DNA of 64,000 bases, taken from an uncultured delta proteobacterium. Lineage in GTDB: Bacteria; Desulfobacterota; Syntrophorhabdia; Syntrophorhabdales; WCHB1-27. The stretch's first letter is position 1. Each line of letters opens with the position of its first letter. Where the stretch lies: contig CAVQYC010000007.1 of NCBI GenBank assembly GCA_963717985.1, positions 101,033 through 165,032 on the forward strand. Reading direction: 5' to 3'. A program made the position numbers and the translations under genes. The notes below the pieces were generated by a model that did no database searches, was not told the DNA's origin, and saw only the letters and a list, made by a program, of their open reading frames with translations. This document shows, one piece after another, positions 19,507 through 26,999 of the stretch.

Positions 19507-20202
19507 TCAGAACAGCAGTTTCTTGGGTTCTTTTGGCGGCTTCGGTGTCCGTTCGGCACGCGTCCCGTGCCCCTCCTGCCCCCACCCCCGTTCCTCCGCC
19601 TCCTCCGTGTGTTCCTCCGCCTCCTCCTTGGTCGATATTACCTCTTCGGTGGCGGCTATCGCTTCTTCCGCAGGAAGACCGGAGTGCTCTTCAGAAATGG
19701 GGGCTGCCGGCTCCGCCATTTCCTCCTGTATGATGGGGGCTGGCTCCTCCTGAGGTTGAAGCTCCGGATCACGAACTCCCTGCCCTTCCGTCCCGAACTC
19801 CCTGCCCTCCTCACCCGTGTCATGCTGCGGTGATTCGGCAACTGCCTCTCTTTTCATCACGCAGGACCCGTTAAAGATAGAGCCGCTCTCCACGATAATA
19901 TACGGCGTGGTGATGTTTCCCGTCTGGACGGCAGTTCCTTTCAGTACGACCTGCTCGCTCGCGGTCACATCGCCGGTGATCTCTCCGTGGGAAACCAGAT
20001 TCTTCGTCGTGACCGCCGCGTTGACCTTGGCGGTGGGACCGACGATGAGCAGTCCCTCCGATATGATCTCGCCATTGAGGGTACCCTCTATCATGAGAGA
20101 GCTCCTGAACGTCATCGTGCCGGTGATATGGAGGTCCTCGGCCAGGGTCGTCGTGACGTTGGTTTCATCGATGTTCGATGCGCTCAATCCTATATCTGTC
20201 AT
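19507..20202 (-). CDS. bactofilin family protein with long acidic Glu/Pro-rich C-terminal tail (paralog 3)
   Basis: The N-terminal 117 aa form a bactofilin core (N-terminus MTDIGLSASNIDETNV shared with paralog 5). This is followed by a ~114-aa low-complexity E/P/A tail ending KPPKEPKKLLF. Confidence 0.85.
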   Translation of the reverse strand: MTDIGLSASNIDETNVTTTLAEDLHITGTMTFRSSLMIEGTLNGEIISEGLLIVGPTAKVNAAVTTKNLVSHGEITGDVTASEQVVLKGTAVQTGNITTPYIIVESGSIFNGSCVMKREAVAESPQHDTGEEGREFGTEGQGVRDPELQPQEEPAPIIQEEMAEPAAPISEEHSGLPAEEAIAATEEVISTKEEAEEHTEEAEERGWGQEGHGTRAERTPKPPKEPKKLLF

Positions 20203-20260
20203 TTTGAACTTCTCCTCATAGTTTTTCTCAACAGATCTCCCGCAATGCCGCCTGAGCCTC

Positions 20261-20635
20261 TCACCTGGAAAAACCCTCTTTTCCTTTCATCGTGATCGAC
20301 CCGTTGAAGAGGGAACCGCTCTCTACGATGATGTTCTGGGTAGTGATGTTCCCCATTTGGGTGGCGGTCTTTTTGAGTACCACCTGTTCGCTTGCGGTCA
20401 CATCTCCCTGGATCTCCCCGTGGGAAATAAGTCTCTTGGTCACAATCGTGGCGTTGATCTTTGCCGTGGGACCGACCACCAGCAGCCCTTCCGAGGTAAT
20501 CTCTCCTTCAAGAGACCCCTTTATCATGAGAGAAGTCTCGAACCTGAGACTGCCTTTGATGTGTAAGTCTTCGGCGATTACCGTGGTCACATTCTCTTCG
20601 GTGTACTCCGTGGTAGGGGGGACGATAGTTGCCAC
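20261..20635 (-). CDS. bactofilin family protein (paralog 2)
   Basis: Bactofilin core. The C-terminus NIIVESGSLFNGSITMKGKEG is shared with paralog 4. Confidence 0.9.
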   Translation of the reverse strand: MATIVPPTTEYTEENVTTVIAEDLHIKGSLRFETSLMIKGSLEGEITSEGLLVVGPTAKINATIVTKRLISHGEIQGDVTASEQVVLKKTATQMGNITTQNIIVESGSLFNGSITMKGKEGFSR

Positions 20636-20718
20636 TTTCTCCTCCTTGCTGTTAGTCTTTTTTTGTTTGCCTTCTTCTGAGCATCCTCGTCCTGCTTCTT
20701 CGACAATCTATCAAGGGA

Positions 20719-21150
20719 TCAGGGCTCATCGAAGCTGCCCGATTCCGCGGTAGTGCCCAGACTTGGTTTTCCACCTTTTTGGAAGGACAGCACCTCTCTG
20801 CTGTCCAATTCCGCTAGCCGTCGCATGTAGGAATGACCGTCAAAGCACGCACCTTCGGATATGCTCAGTTTGGTGGTGTAGATGTCGCCCGCGACAATTC
20901 CTTTAGACCCGATCTCCACGCTTTCGCTCGCCCTTATGCTGCCTTCCAGCTTGCCCGCCACCATCGTCCCTCTCGAGACCGCATCACCCTTCATACATCC
21001 CGTCTCTCCGACGATGAGCCAGTCTGCCGCGATGTTTCCTTCCACGTTTCCATCGATTCTTGCAATTCCCGGCGTAGACAGGTTTCCCGTGACGCTGGAC
21101 TCGGGACCGATGATGATTTCCAGAGATTGTTGCCGCTTCCTGAATATCAC
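20719..21150 (-). CDS. bactofilin family protein (divergent paralog 1)
   Basis: Divergent DUF583 core (GNLSTPGIARIDGNVEGNI...GDAVSRGTMVAGKLEGSI...GDIYTTKLSISEGACFDG). ATGA overlap with the M23 gene. Confidence 0.85.
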   Translation of the reverse strand: MIFRKRQQSLEIIIGPESSVTGNLSTPGIARIDGNVEGNIAADWLIVGETGCMKGDAVSRGTMVAGKLEGSIRASESVEIGSKGIVAGDIYTTKLSISEGACFDGHSYMRRLAELDSREVLSFQKGGKPSLGTTAESGSFDEP

Positions 21151-21983
21151 GACATATCCCCCAGAAAAGCTGCCGGATTCACGCGTTTTCTATCCTTCCA
21201 CACCTCGTAGTGCACGTGGGGTCCGGTGGAGTCGCCCGTGGAGCCCGAGAGGGAGATCTTCTGCCCCCTTTGGACCCGCTCTCCCAGTTTGACATAGTTC
21301 GTCTTGTTATGGGCGTAAACCGTGGTGAAGCCGTGTCCGTGCTCAAGCACGACGATGTAGCCGCTGTCGTCATGCCAGTTTGAAAAACTGACTATGCCGT
21401 CCGCGGTTGCCCTCACCACCGATCCGATGGGGGTCCGTATGTCGATGCCCTCATGAAAGGCTGACTCGCTGGTTATGGGATGTACCCGCCACCCGAAGGG
21501 CGAACTCACTTGCCCCTTCACGGGCCAGCCCGTCGGCGTCGACCGGTAGAGACTTTTTTGTTCGTTCAGATATTCTCTGATCTCTGAAACCGATTGGATC
21601 GTCTCGTCAACCTGTCTCCTCAACAAATTCTCGTCCGGGGCACCCAAATTGGGCATCTCCGGTATTTCCAGGATCTTCTTCTTCGAGTTGAAAGAGACGA
21701 GCCTGGCAAACTCCGATTCGGTCTTCCGAAGAGAGAAGATGACCTCCTTCAATTCCATGAGCTGGGACGAAACATGGCGGACCTTCTTCCGCATGCCATA
21801 GTACTCGGCGGTCCTGACACCCGTGGACAGAATGTACGTCCCTCCCACGACAGACAAAAGGAGACAACAAAAAAGCCCTATCACAGGAACCCTTATCCTC
21901 AGGGGCTTCACTTTGGAATGGGGGACAATCATGATGGTAACGGAAGTAAAGCTTTGTTTCAGAAAATGCTTTAGCTCGCCCAC
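21147..21983 (-). CDS. M23 (LytM-type) peptidoglycan endopeptidase, membrane-anchored
   Basis: N-terminal transmembrane segment and a coiled region. M23 motifs HEGIDI (HxxxD) and GPHVHYEV (HxH). Confidence 0.9.
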   Translation of the reverse strand: MGELKHFLKQSFTSVTIMIVPHSKVKPLRIRVPVIGLFCCLLLSVVGGTYILSTGVRTAEYYGMRKKVRHVSSQLMELKEVIFSLRKTESEFARLVSFNSKKKILEIPEMPNLGAPDENLLRRQVDETIQSVSEIREYLNEQKSLYRSTPTGWPVKGQVSSPFGWRVHPITSESAFHEGIDIRTPIGSVVRATADGIVSFSNWHDDSGYIVVLEHGHGFTTVYAHNKTNYVKLGERVQRGQKISLSGSTGDSTGPHVHYEVWKDRKRVNPAAFLGDMS

Positions 21984-22223
21984 CTATCTCACTCTCTCCG
22001 CCGGAGACTCTTTACGTTCTGCGTCATGCTCTTCTTTCTTATCACAAACTGGGTATACTTTCCAACAAATATCTATCCGCGCCCCTAAACTTTTATCCTT
22101 TTCAATCCGTAATAGGTGGGGTCGCAATTTGAGTCCGAGCCGGCGCCGAATCAAGTCGCAGAGAGAGGTTCTGATTTCACTGTGTCGGGGAACCGGAGGC
22201 TTCTTACTATTTCAAAAAAACGA

Positions 22224-22252
22224 TTGACCATGGAACTGTCCGGTGATATAAC
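22224..22252 (+). promoter_or_regulatory. sigma70-type promoter of the riboswitch-cbiM operon
   Basis: TTGACC (22224-22229), 17-nt spacer, TATAAC (22247-22252), about 10 nt upstream of the riboswitch. Confidence 0.45.
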
Positions 22253-22259
22253 AAAAATA

Positions 22260-22430
22260 CTTCGGGTGCCAAAAGGCGTAATAGGGAATCCCGTGAGGAC
22301 CGCAAGGGGTCCAAGTCGGGAGCGGTCCCGCCGCTGTAACCGGGATGAAGGCCACCATAGCCACTGAACGTTGATTCGGGAAGGCTGGTGAGTAGGACGA
22401 ACCGGGAGCCAGAAGACCTGCCCGAGGGTC
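22260..22430 (+). promoter_or_regulatory. cobalamin (B12) riboswitch aptamer
   Basis: Conserved elements read directly: GGTGCC..AATAGGGAA..CCGTGAGG, GTCCCGCCGCTGTAA, GCCACTG, GGGAAGGC, and the B12 box GAGCCAGAAGACCTGCC. Lies upstream of cbiM. Confidence 0.85.
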
Positions 22431-22498
22431 GGTCCGCACTTCATTGGGGTGTGGACGTTTCCCGCGGAGGAAATTGAGGATGAAGTAAATCAGGGTGC

Positions 22499-22537
22499 AA
22501 TCCTCGGGGTGTTTTCCGCTCTGAGGATTTTGTTTTT
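22499..22537 (+). terminator. intrinsic terminator (riboswitch expression platform)
   Basis: Hairpin AATCCTCGGGG...CTCTGAGGATT followed by TTGTTTTT, between the aptamer and cbiM. Confidence 0.55.
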
Positions 22538-22644
22538 CCGGCCCGGCTTCCGCTCCACGGGCCCGGATAGCTGGGCAGAGAAGACGGTCGAAACGGATGT
22601 GTCCCTTGCGAGGTGCGCCTCATCGAGATAAAACAGGAGGGACC

Positions 22645-23418
22645 ATGAACAAGAAAGCGCTTGCCACGACTGCCCTGGCGATGCTCGCTCTTCTCCACGT
22701 GCTCTGCCCGTCCGATGCGCAGGCGATGCATATCACCGAGGGCCTGCTCCCCATAAACTGGGCCGTATGGTGGTTCGTCGTTGCCGCGCCTTTCGTTGCT
22801 TACGGCCTCTATAGACTTAAGAGAATGTCGGCTGTCGATCTTTCCTTCAAGCCCCTTGTCGGGCTCATGGCAGCGGTAGTCTTCATCCTCTCGTGCATGC
22901 CCATACCGGTGCCCACGGCCGGGACGTGCTCACACCCGTGCGGCACGGGGATGTCGGGTATATTGCTGGGCCCGGGCATAAGCGTGCTTGTCGCCTCGGT
23001 CGCGCTCCTGATGCAGGCGCTCTTCCTGGCCCATGGGGGCTTGAGCACCCTGGGCGCCAACATCGTCTCCATGGGTGTCATGGGATCCTTTGCGGGTTAT
23101 CTCACGTTCAAGGCCTTGAGGGGCTTCAAGGTCAACCTGGCCGTATCCGGCTTCGTCGCCGGCCTGCTCGCGGACTGGGCGACCTACTTCGCGACATCCG
23201 TCGAGCTTGCCTCGGGTATCAGAGGAAACTCGCCTTTCATGCCCCTTTTCTGGAAGATCCTTATCGCTTTCACCCCGACGCAGATTCCTCTGGGGATACT
23301 GGAAGGCGCCATTACCGGCGGAGTGATCGCGCTCCTCTATAAGAGGAGACCTGACCTCCTCGTGAAGATGGGCGTGGTAAAACAGACGGGCGGGGACCAA
23401 TCGGCATCCGGAAGGTGA
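22645..23418 (+). CDS. cbiM: CbiM/NikM-type metal (cobalt/nickel) ECF substrate-capture component
   Basis: Signal peptide ending AQA, then MHITEGLLP (the processed Met-His N-terminus characteristic of CbiM/NikM) and multiple transmembrane segments. AGGAGG RBS before the ATG at 22645. Confidence 0.85.
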   Translation: MNKKALATTALAMLALLHVLCPSDAQAMHITEGLLPINWAVWWFVVAAPFVAYGLYRLKRMSAVDLSFKPLVGLMAAVVFILSCMPIPVPTAGTCSHPCGTGMSGILLGPGISVLVASVALLMQALFLAHGGLSTLGANIVSMGVMGSFAGYLTFKALRGFKVNLAVSGFVAGLLADWATYFATSVELASGIRGNSPFMPLFWKILIAFTPTQIPLGILEGAITGGVIALLYKRRPDLLVKMGVVKQTGGDQSASGR

Positions 23419-23421
23419 CGC

Positions 23422-24252
23422 ATGATAGAGATCCGCGACCTGACCAGGACGTACGGCACCGTGCAGGCCGTCGACAGGGTAACGCTGACCATAGAAAAGG
23501 GAGAAGTCTTCGGCCTTCTCGGGCCGAACGGGGCGGGGAAAACGACTCTCATCAAGATGCTGACCCTGCTTTCGCGGCCTGATTCAGGCGCATTCACGGT
23601 GGCAGGCTTTGACGCGTCCCACCCTTCCGAGATCAAGCGGCTCATCGGCGCCATGCCCCAGGAAAATAACCTTGAGCGCGAGCTGACGGCCCGGGAGAAC
23701 CTGCTCATCTACGGGATGCTCCACAATCTCGGGGGGTTGGAGCGCAGAATCGAGGGAACGCTGGAGATGGTGGGGCTACTCGACAGGCGGGACTCGGTCG
23801 TCTCCAACTTCTCCGGGGGTATGCAAAGGCGGCTTCTCCTGGGCAGGGCCCTCATGACGGAGCCGGCGGTCGTTTTTCTCGACGAGCCTTCCATCGGCCT
23901 CGACCCCCAGATCAGGAGGCAGATGTGGGACCTCATACGGAAGGCGCGATTAGACGGGCGCACCGTGGTTATCACCACCCACTACATCGAGGAGGCCGAG
24001 ACCCTCTGCGACCGGGTGGGGGTCCTCTCGAAGGGCAGGCTGATCGCCCTCGACAGCCCGGCGGGCCTGAAAACGAAGGTGGGCGAGTACGTAGTCGAGT
24101 TCGTGAACCAGGAAGGACACCTCATCCAGCATATGTGCCGGACCAGGGCTGAGGCCCAGGACGCGGCAAGCCACATAGAAAATGGTGTCACCATCAGGAG
24201 GTCGAACCTGGAGGACGTTTTCATCAAGCTCACGGGGGAGCGGCTCGAATGA
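23422..24252 (+). CDS. ABC transporter ATP-binding protein (ABC-2/DrrA-like subfamily)
   Basis: Walker A GPNGAGKTT, signature FSGGMQRR, Walker B VVFLDEPSIGLD. Three-nt gap after cbiM. Confidence 0.9.
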   Translation: MIEIRDLTRTYGTVQAVDRVTLTIEKGEVFGLLGPNGAGKTTLIKMLTLLSRPDSGAFTVAGFDASHPSEIKRLIGAMPQENNLERELTARENLLIYGMLHNLGGLERRIEGTLEMVGLLDRRDSVVSNFSGGMQRRLLLGRALMTEPAVVFLDEPSIGLDPQIRRQMWDLIRKARLDGRTVVITTHYIEEAETLCDRVGVLSKGRLIALDSPAGLKTKVGEYVVEFVNQEGHLIQHMCRTRAEAQDAASHIENGVTIRRSNLEDVFIKLTGERLE

Positions 24253-24998
24253 CGCGGCTCACGGAATGGTATCCTATATACTTCAAGGAGATGCTTCTCT
24301 TCAAGCGGAAGCTCTTCAAGCTCGGCTATCTCTTCTCGGCCATGGTTGTCCCCATCATTTATCTCGTGGCTTTCGGTTTCGGCCTCGGCAGGAGCGTCCA
24401 GACGGGTCGCGGCACGTACCTCGACTTCCTGATCCCCGGGCTCGTGGCCATGAGCTCCATGAACAATTCCTATAGCTGGGTCGCGAGTGCCCTCAATCTG
24501 AACAGGCTCTACTTCAAGACCTTCCAGGTTTTCGTGCAGGCGCCCATCAGCCCCTTCTCCATCATGATCGGCGAGGTGCTGGCGGGCATTACCAAGGGAC
24601 TCTTCGCCTCCGTCCTCATCATGGCCGTCGGCTTTGCCGTCTCCACGCACTTCCGGGTGACGCCACTCTTTGTCATCGCCCTTCTTCTCAACTGTTCTCT
24701 CTTCGCGTGCCTTGGCATCGTGACGGGCATGGTCACGAAATCCCACGAGGATACGTCGACCTACTCGAACTTTTTCATCCTGCCCATGGCCTTTTTCAGC
24801 GGCACCTTCTTCCCCGTGGACAGGGCGCCCACGGTCATCAAGTGGATCGTTTATGTCATGCCCCTCACCCATACGAACATTCTGATACGGTCGGCGCACC
24901 TCGACGGGCAAGGCATCGCCTCGCTCGCCGTGCTTCTCGTCTACACGGCGGGCTTCTTCGCGTACGGATCGCATCTCATAAGGAGATACAGTGAGTAG
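24249..24998 (+). CDS. ABC-2 type transporter permease
   Basis: 249 aa, about 6 transmembrane segments, ABC-2 membrane-domain look (YFKEMLLFKRK... N-terminus). ATGA overlap with the ATPase. Confidence 0.85.
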   Translation: MTRLTEWYPIYFKEMLLFKRKLFKLGYLFSAMVVPIIYLVAFGFGLGRSVQTGRGTYLDFLIPGLVAMSSMNNSYSWVASALNLNRLYFKTFQVFVQAPISPFSIMIGEVLAGITKGLFASVLIMAVGFAVSTHFRVTPLFVIALLLNCSLFACLGIVTGMVTKSHEDTSTYSNFFILPMAFFSGTFFPVDRAPTVIKWIVYVMPLTHTNILIRSAHLDGQGIASLAVLLVYTAGFFAYGSHLIRRYSE

Positions 24999-25055
24999 CA
25001 GAACAAGAGGGATTCCGAGAACAGCGAACCTTCGAAGCTCCCGGGTCGGAAATCG

Positions 25056-25084
25056 TTGACTGAAGGACTGCCGAGGTATATAAG
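25056..25084 (+). promoter_or_regulatory. candidate sigma70-type promoter of the usp gene
   Basis: TTGACT (25056-25061), 17-nt spacer, TATAAG (25079-25084). GGGGAGG RBS before the ATG at 25112. Confidence 0.35.
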
Positions 25085-25111
25085 TTAGGAATAAAATAAG
25101 GGGAGGCGGCG

Positions 25112-25570
25112 ATGTTCAGCAAGATACTGGTTCCTATCGACTTTTCGGAATACACGGACGAGATCCTGGAGTATGCGGCGGAAATCGCGAAAAAATTCGG
25201 CTCATCCCTGCACCTGATCCATGTGATCCCCACCATGGATTATTTCACCCCTTACGAATCCTTCATATCCGCTGAAAACGTCGAAGGGGCGCAAAAGGCC
25301 ATCGAGGCCGAAGTCAGGAAGCAAATGGAAGAGACGGCCGGACACCTCACCGGGATTGCCGTGACAAGGGCGGTACGAACAGGGGCCGCCTTCATTGAGA
25401 TCACGGACTACGCCGAATCTGAAGGCATGGATCTCATTGTCATGGGGACCCACGGGAGGGGAGGCATCGAGCACCTGCTCTTAGGCAGCGTCGCGGGGCG
25501 GGTGATCCGCAGAGCGCCCTGTCCGGTGCTCACCATCCGGCCCACAAAGAAGGGCGCCGAGACGCCCTGA
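25112..25570 (+). CDS. universal stress protein (UspA family)
   Basis: ILVPIDFSE ... DLIVMGTHGRGGIEHLLLGSVAGRVIRRAPCPVLTI is the canonical Usp ATP-binding motif. Confidence 0.9.
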   Translation: MFSKILVPIDFSEYTDEILEYAAEIAKKFGSSLHLIHVIPTMDYFTPYESFISAENVEGAQKAIEAEVRKQMEETAGHLTGIAVTRAVRTGAAFIEITDYAESEGMDLIVMGTHGRGGIEHLLLGSVAGRVIRRAPCPVLTIRPTKKGAETP

Positions 25571-25807
25571 CAGGCGCGGGCGTCCTCCTCTCACCCTCTT
25601 GAGGACTCCCTCTCAGCGTCCCTCGGGCCTGGTTTCCGGGCCTTCATCCCCTCTTCCGGAAGGGGAGGGCCCTTGTGCAGCTTACCCCCCTTTTTTTTCT
25701 GGAAAGAGCGGGAAGAAAGCTCCGACGGGGCGAGAATGACTAATGAACCCTGGGAGACAACGTATCCACAGTTCCCCCTGCAGATGAATGCGCCCTACCG
25801 GGCGCAC

Positions 25808-25843
25808 AAAAAAAAGCGGGCGGAGACCTTGGCCTCCGCCCGC
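25808..25843 (-). terminator. intrinsic terminator downstream of the PEP-CTERM gene
   Basis: Perfect 10-bp stem GCGGGCGGAG/CTCCGCCCGC with an 8-nt loop. On the minus strand it is followed by an 8-T run. Confidence 0.6.
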
Positions 25844-25865
25844 AAAATAAAGAAAGTGGTTGGTT

Positions 25866-26456
25866 CTATCCCTTGAGTCTTTTCCTGATGCCCACAAGGC
25901 CAAGGAGGCCGGGGGCAAGAAGCAGTAGTGTCGGGGGAACGGGAACCGGGCTGTAGGTGGCAACGAACCCTACCTTAGTCGGGTCGATGTTCCCCGTGAG
26001 AACGATATTCACAAAGAAGGTGTCACCGGCGACGAGCTGGGCTCCTCCGGGAGCGAAAAACTGCACCTCCGTGGGCGAAACCGAGACCATGGTCCAGAGT
26101 GCACCGGCTGTGGTGTTGCTGAAGCGCGTCGTCAGATAAGAGCCAAACGGGTCATTCCCGGGGGTAGGAGTCAAATCGATCGCCACTCCCGCGGGCACAG
26201 TAAATGCGGTGCCGAGCACGAAGTCGAAATCCGTCGTCGCCGGGCCCGTCCAGGTCAATGTCCCCGCGAGGAGACCCGGGATACCCCACGCTGAAGCCCC
26301 CCCAGGGCCGTTGTTATTCCAGGTCCACGCGTTGCCGTACGTGTCCACTCCTGCAGCGCCAAGGCCCACGAAGCTGACATCGGCCTTTGCAGAGGCGGCG
26401 AAAACCATGATCACCATAGCCAGAACGATCGTTGTAGCCACTAACATTCTTTTCAT
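25866..26456 (-). CDS. PEP-CTERM sorting-domain secreted protein
   Basis: Signal peptide (MKRMLVATTIVLAMVIMVFAASAKA). C-terminal VPVPPTLLLLAPGLLGLVGIRKRLKG is the PEP-CTERM anchor. Start set at the ATG at 26456 with an AAAGGAGAAA RBS. Confidence 0.8.
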   Translation of the reverse strand: MKRMLVATTIVLAMVIMVFAASAKADVSFVGLGAAGVDTYGNAWTWNNNGPGGASAWGIPGLLAGTLTWTGPATTDFDFVLGTAFTVPAGVAIDLTPTPGNDPFGSYLTTRFSNTTAGALWTMVSVSPTEVQFFAPGGAQLVAGDTFFVNIVLTGNIDPTKVGFVATYSPVPVPPTLLLLAPGLLGLVGIRKRLKG

Positions 26457-26962
26457 AAGCTTTCTCCTTTTGATTTTGACTGACGCCGGAACATGAACTG
26501 CCTTTTGAGACTTCCTCACCTCCCTTTGTTTTCACGCTTAAAAGCGTGTTTTTGGCAGCCCGGCCGTCTGTCTGAAGTATTCACGAGTAGCGTATCCGAG
26601 ACCCGCTGGCTTTCCGTCCCACCCTTACGAGTGGTTTGGCTTTTTCAGATATTGCAACAGGTTACCAGAAGGCTGTTACACCCTTGTGAAAGATTTATGA
26701 AATATTCGTTAAGAAACTTCGAGTAGTAATCGTGAATATTGAGAACTTGTGGCTGACGCGCGCTTGCAGGCGCGCTTCGTTATTGGTGTCTTCCCGAATT
26801 CGTGCAACGGCTGATCCAGTCTGTGGGCCGAAGATTATGAGTGGCAATCGGGTGCCAGGCAATTCCTAATATTTCCGCCTTTGTTGGAAGAAGTGAAGAA
26901 CGTCCTCGTCGTCCTCTTCTAGTTTATATATAGCAGACTATATATAGCTATTAATAATTTAG

Positions 26963-26992
26963 TTGACATATTCGTTTACTTTCTGCTATGCT
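26963..26992 (+). promoter_or_regulatory. candidate promoter of the helicase-methylase-ATPase operon
   Basis: TTGACA (26963-26968), 18-nt spacer, TATGCT (26987-26992). Directly preceded by an AT-rich region with two TATATATAGC repeats. Confidence 0.35.
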
Positions 26993-26999
26993 GTTCTGT

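Larger units (their letters stand above)
18624..20635 (-). repeat. tandem array of four closely related bactofilin gene units (gene plus spacer, ~430-690 bp each)
   Basis: Direct comparison of the DNA: long identical runs between units, related intergenic spacers, and a mosaic pattern of shared N- and C-termini. Confidence 0.85.

Noticed and set aside
18397-20753. Series of plus-strand ORFs (330, 163, 134, 153 aa etc.) across the bactofilin array, and the possibility that the regular repeats are a CRISPR array
   Set aside because: - The plus-strand ORFs mirror the repeated minus-strand bactofilin genes and are repeated for that reason.
- Repeat units are ~430-690 bp coding units with RBS and start/stop codons.
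- They are not 25-40 bp repeats with unique spacers, so this is not CRISPR.
23982-24974. 330-aa minus-strand ORF
   Set aside because: Antisense to the ABC ATPase and ABC-2 permease genes. Its highly charged, repetitive composition has no family resemblance.
25580-25625. Possible third, degenerate copy of the GC-hairpin repeat (CCTCCTCTCAC...CTCTCAGCGTCCCTCGGG) downstream of uspA
   Set aside because: Only short blocks match (CTCAGCG.CCCTC), with different spacing. This is too weak to call without a formal alignment.
26988-26999. Track start codon of the helicase ORF (MLFC...)
   Set aside because: The ATG at 26988 sits inside the predicted -10 hexamer TATGCT and has no RBS. The ATG at 27000, which directly begins the HTH domain, is preferred, but this is not proven.
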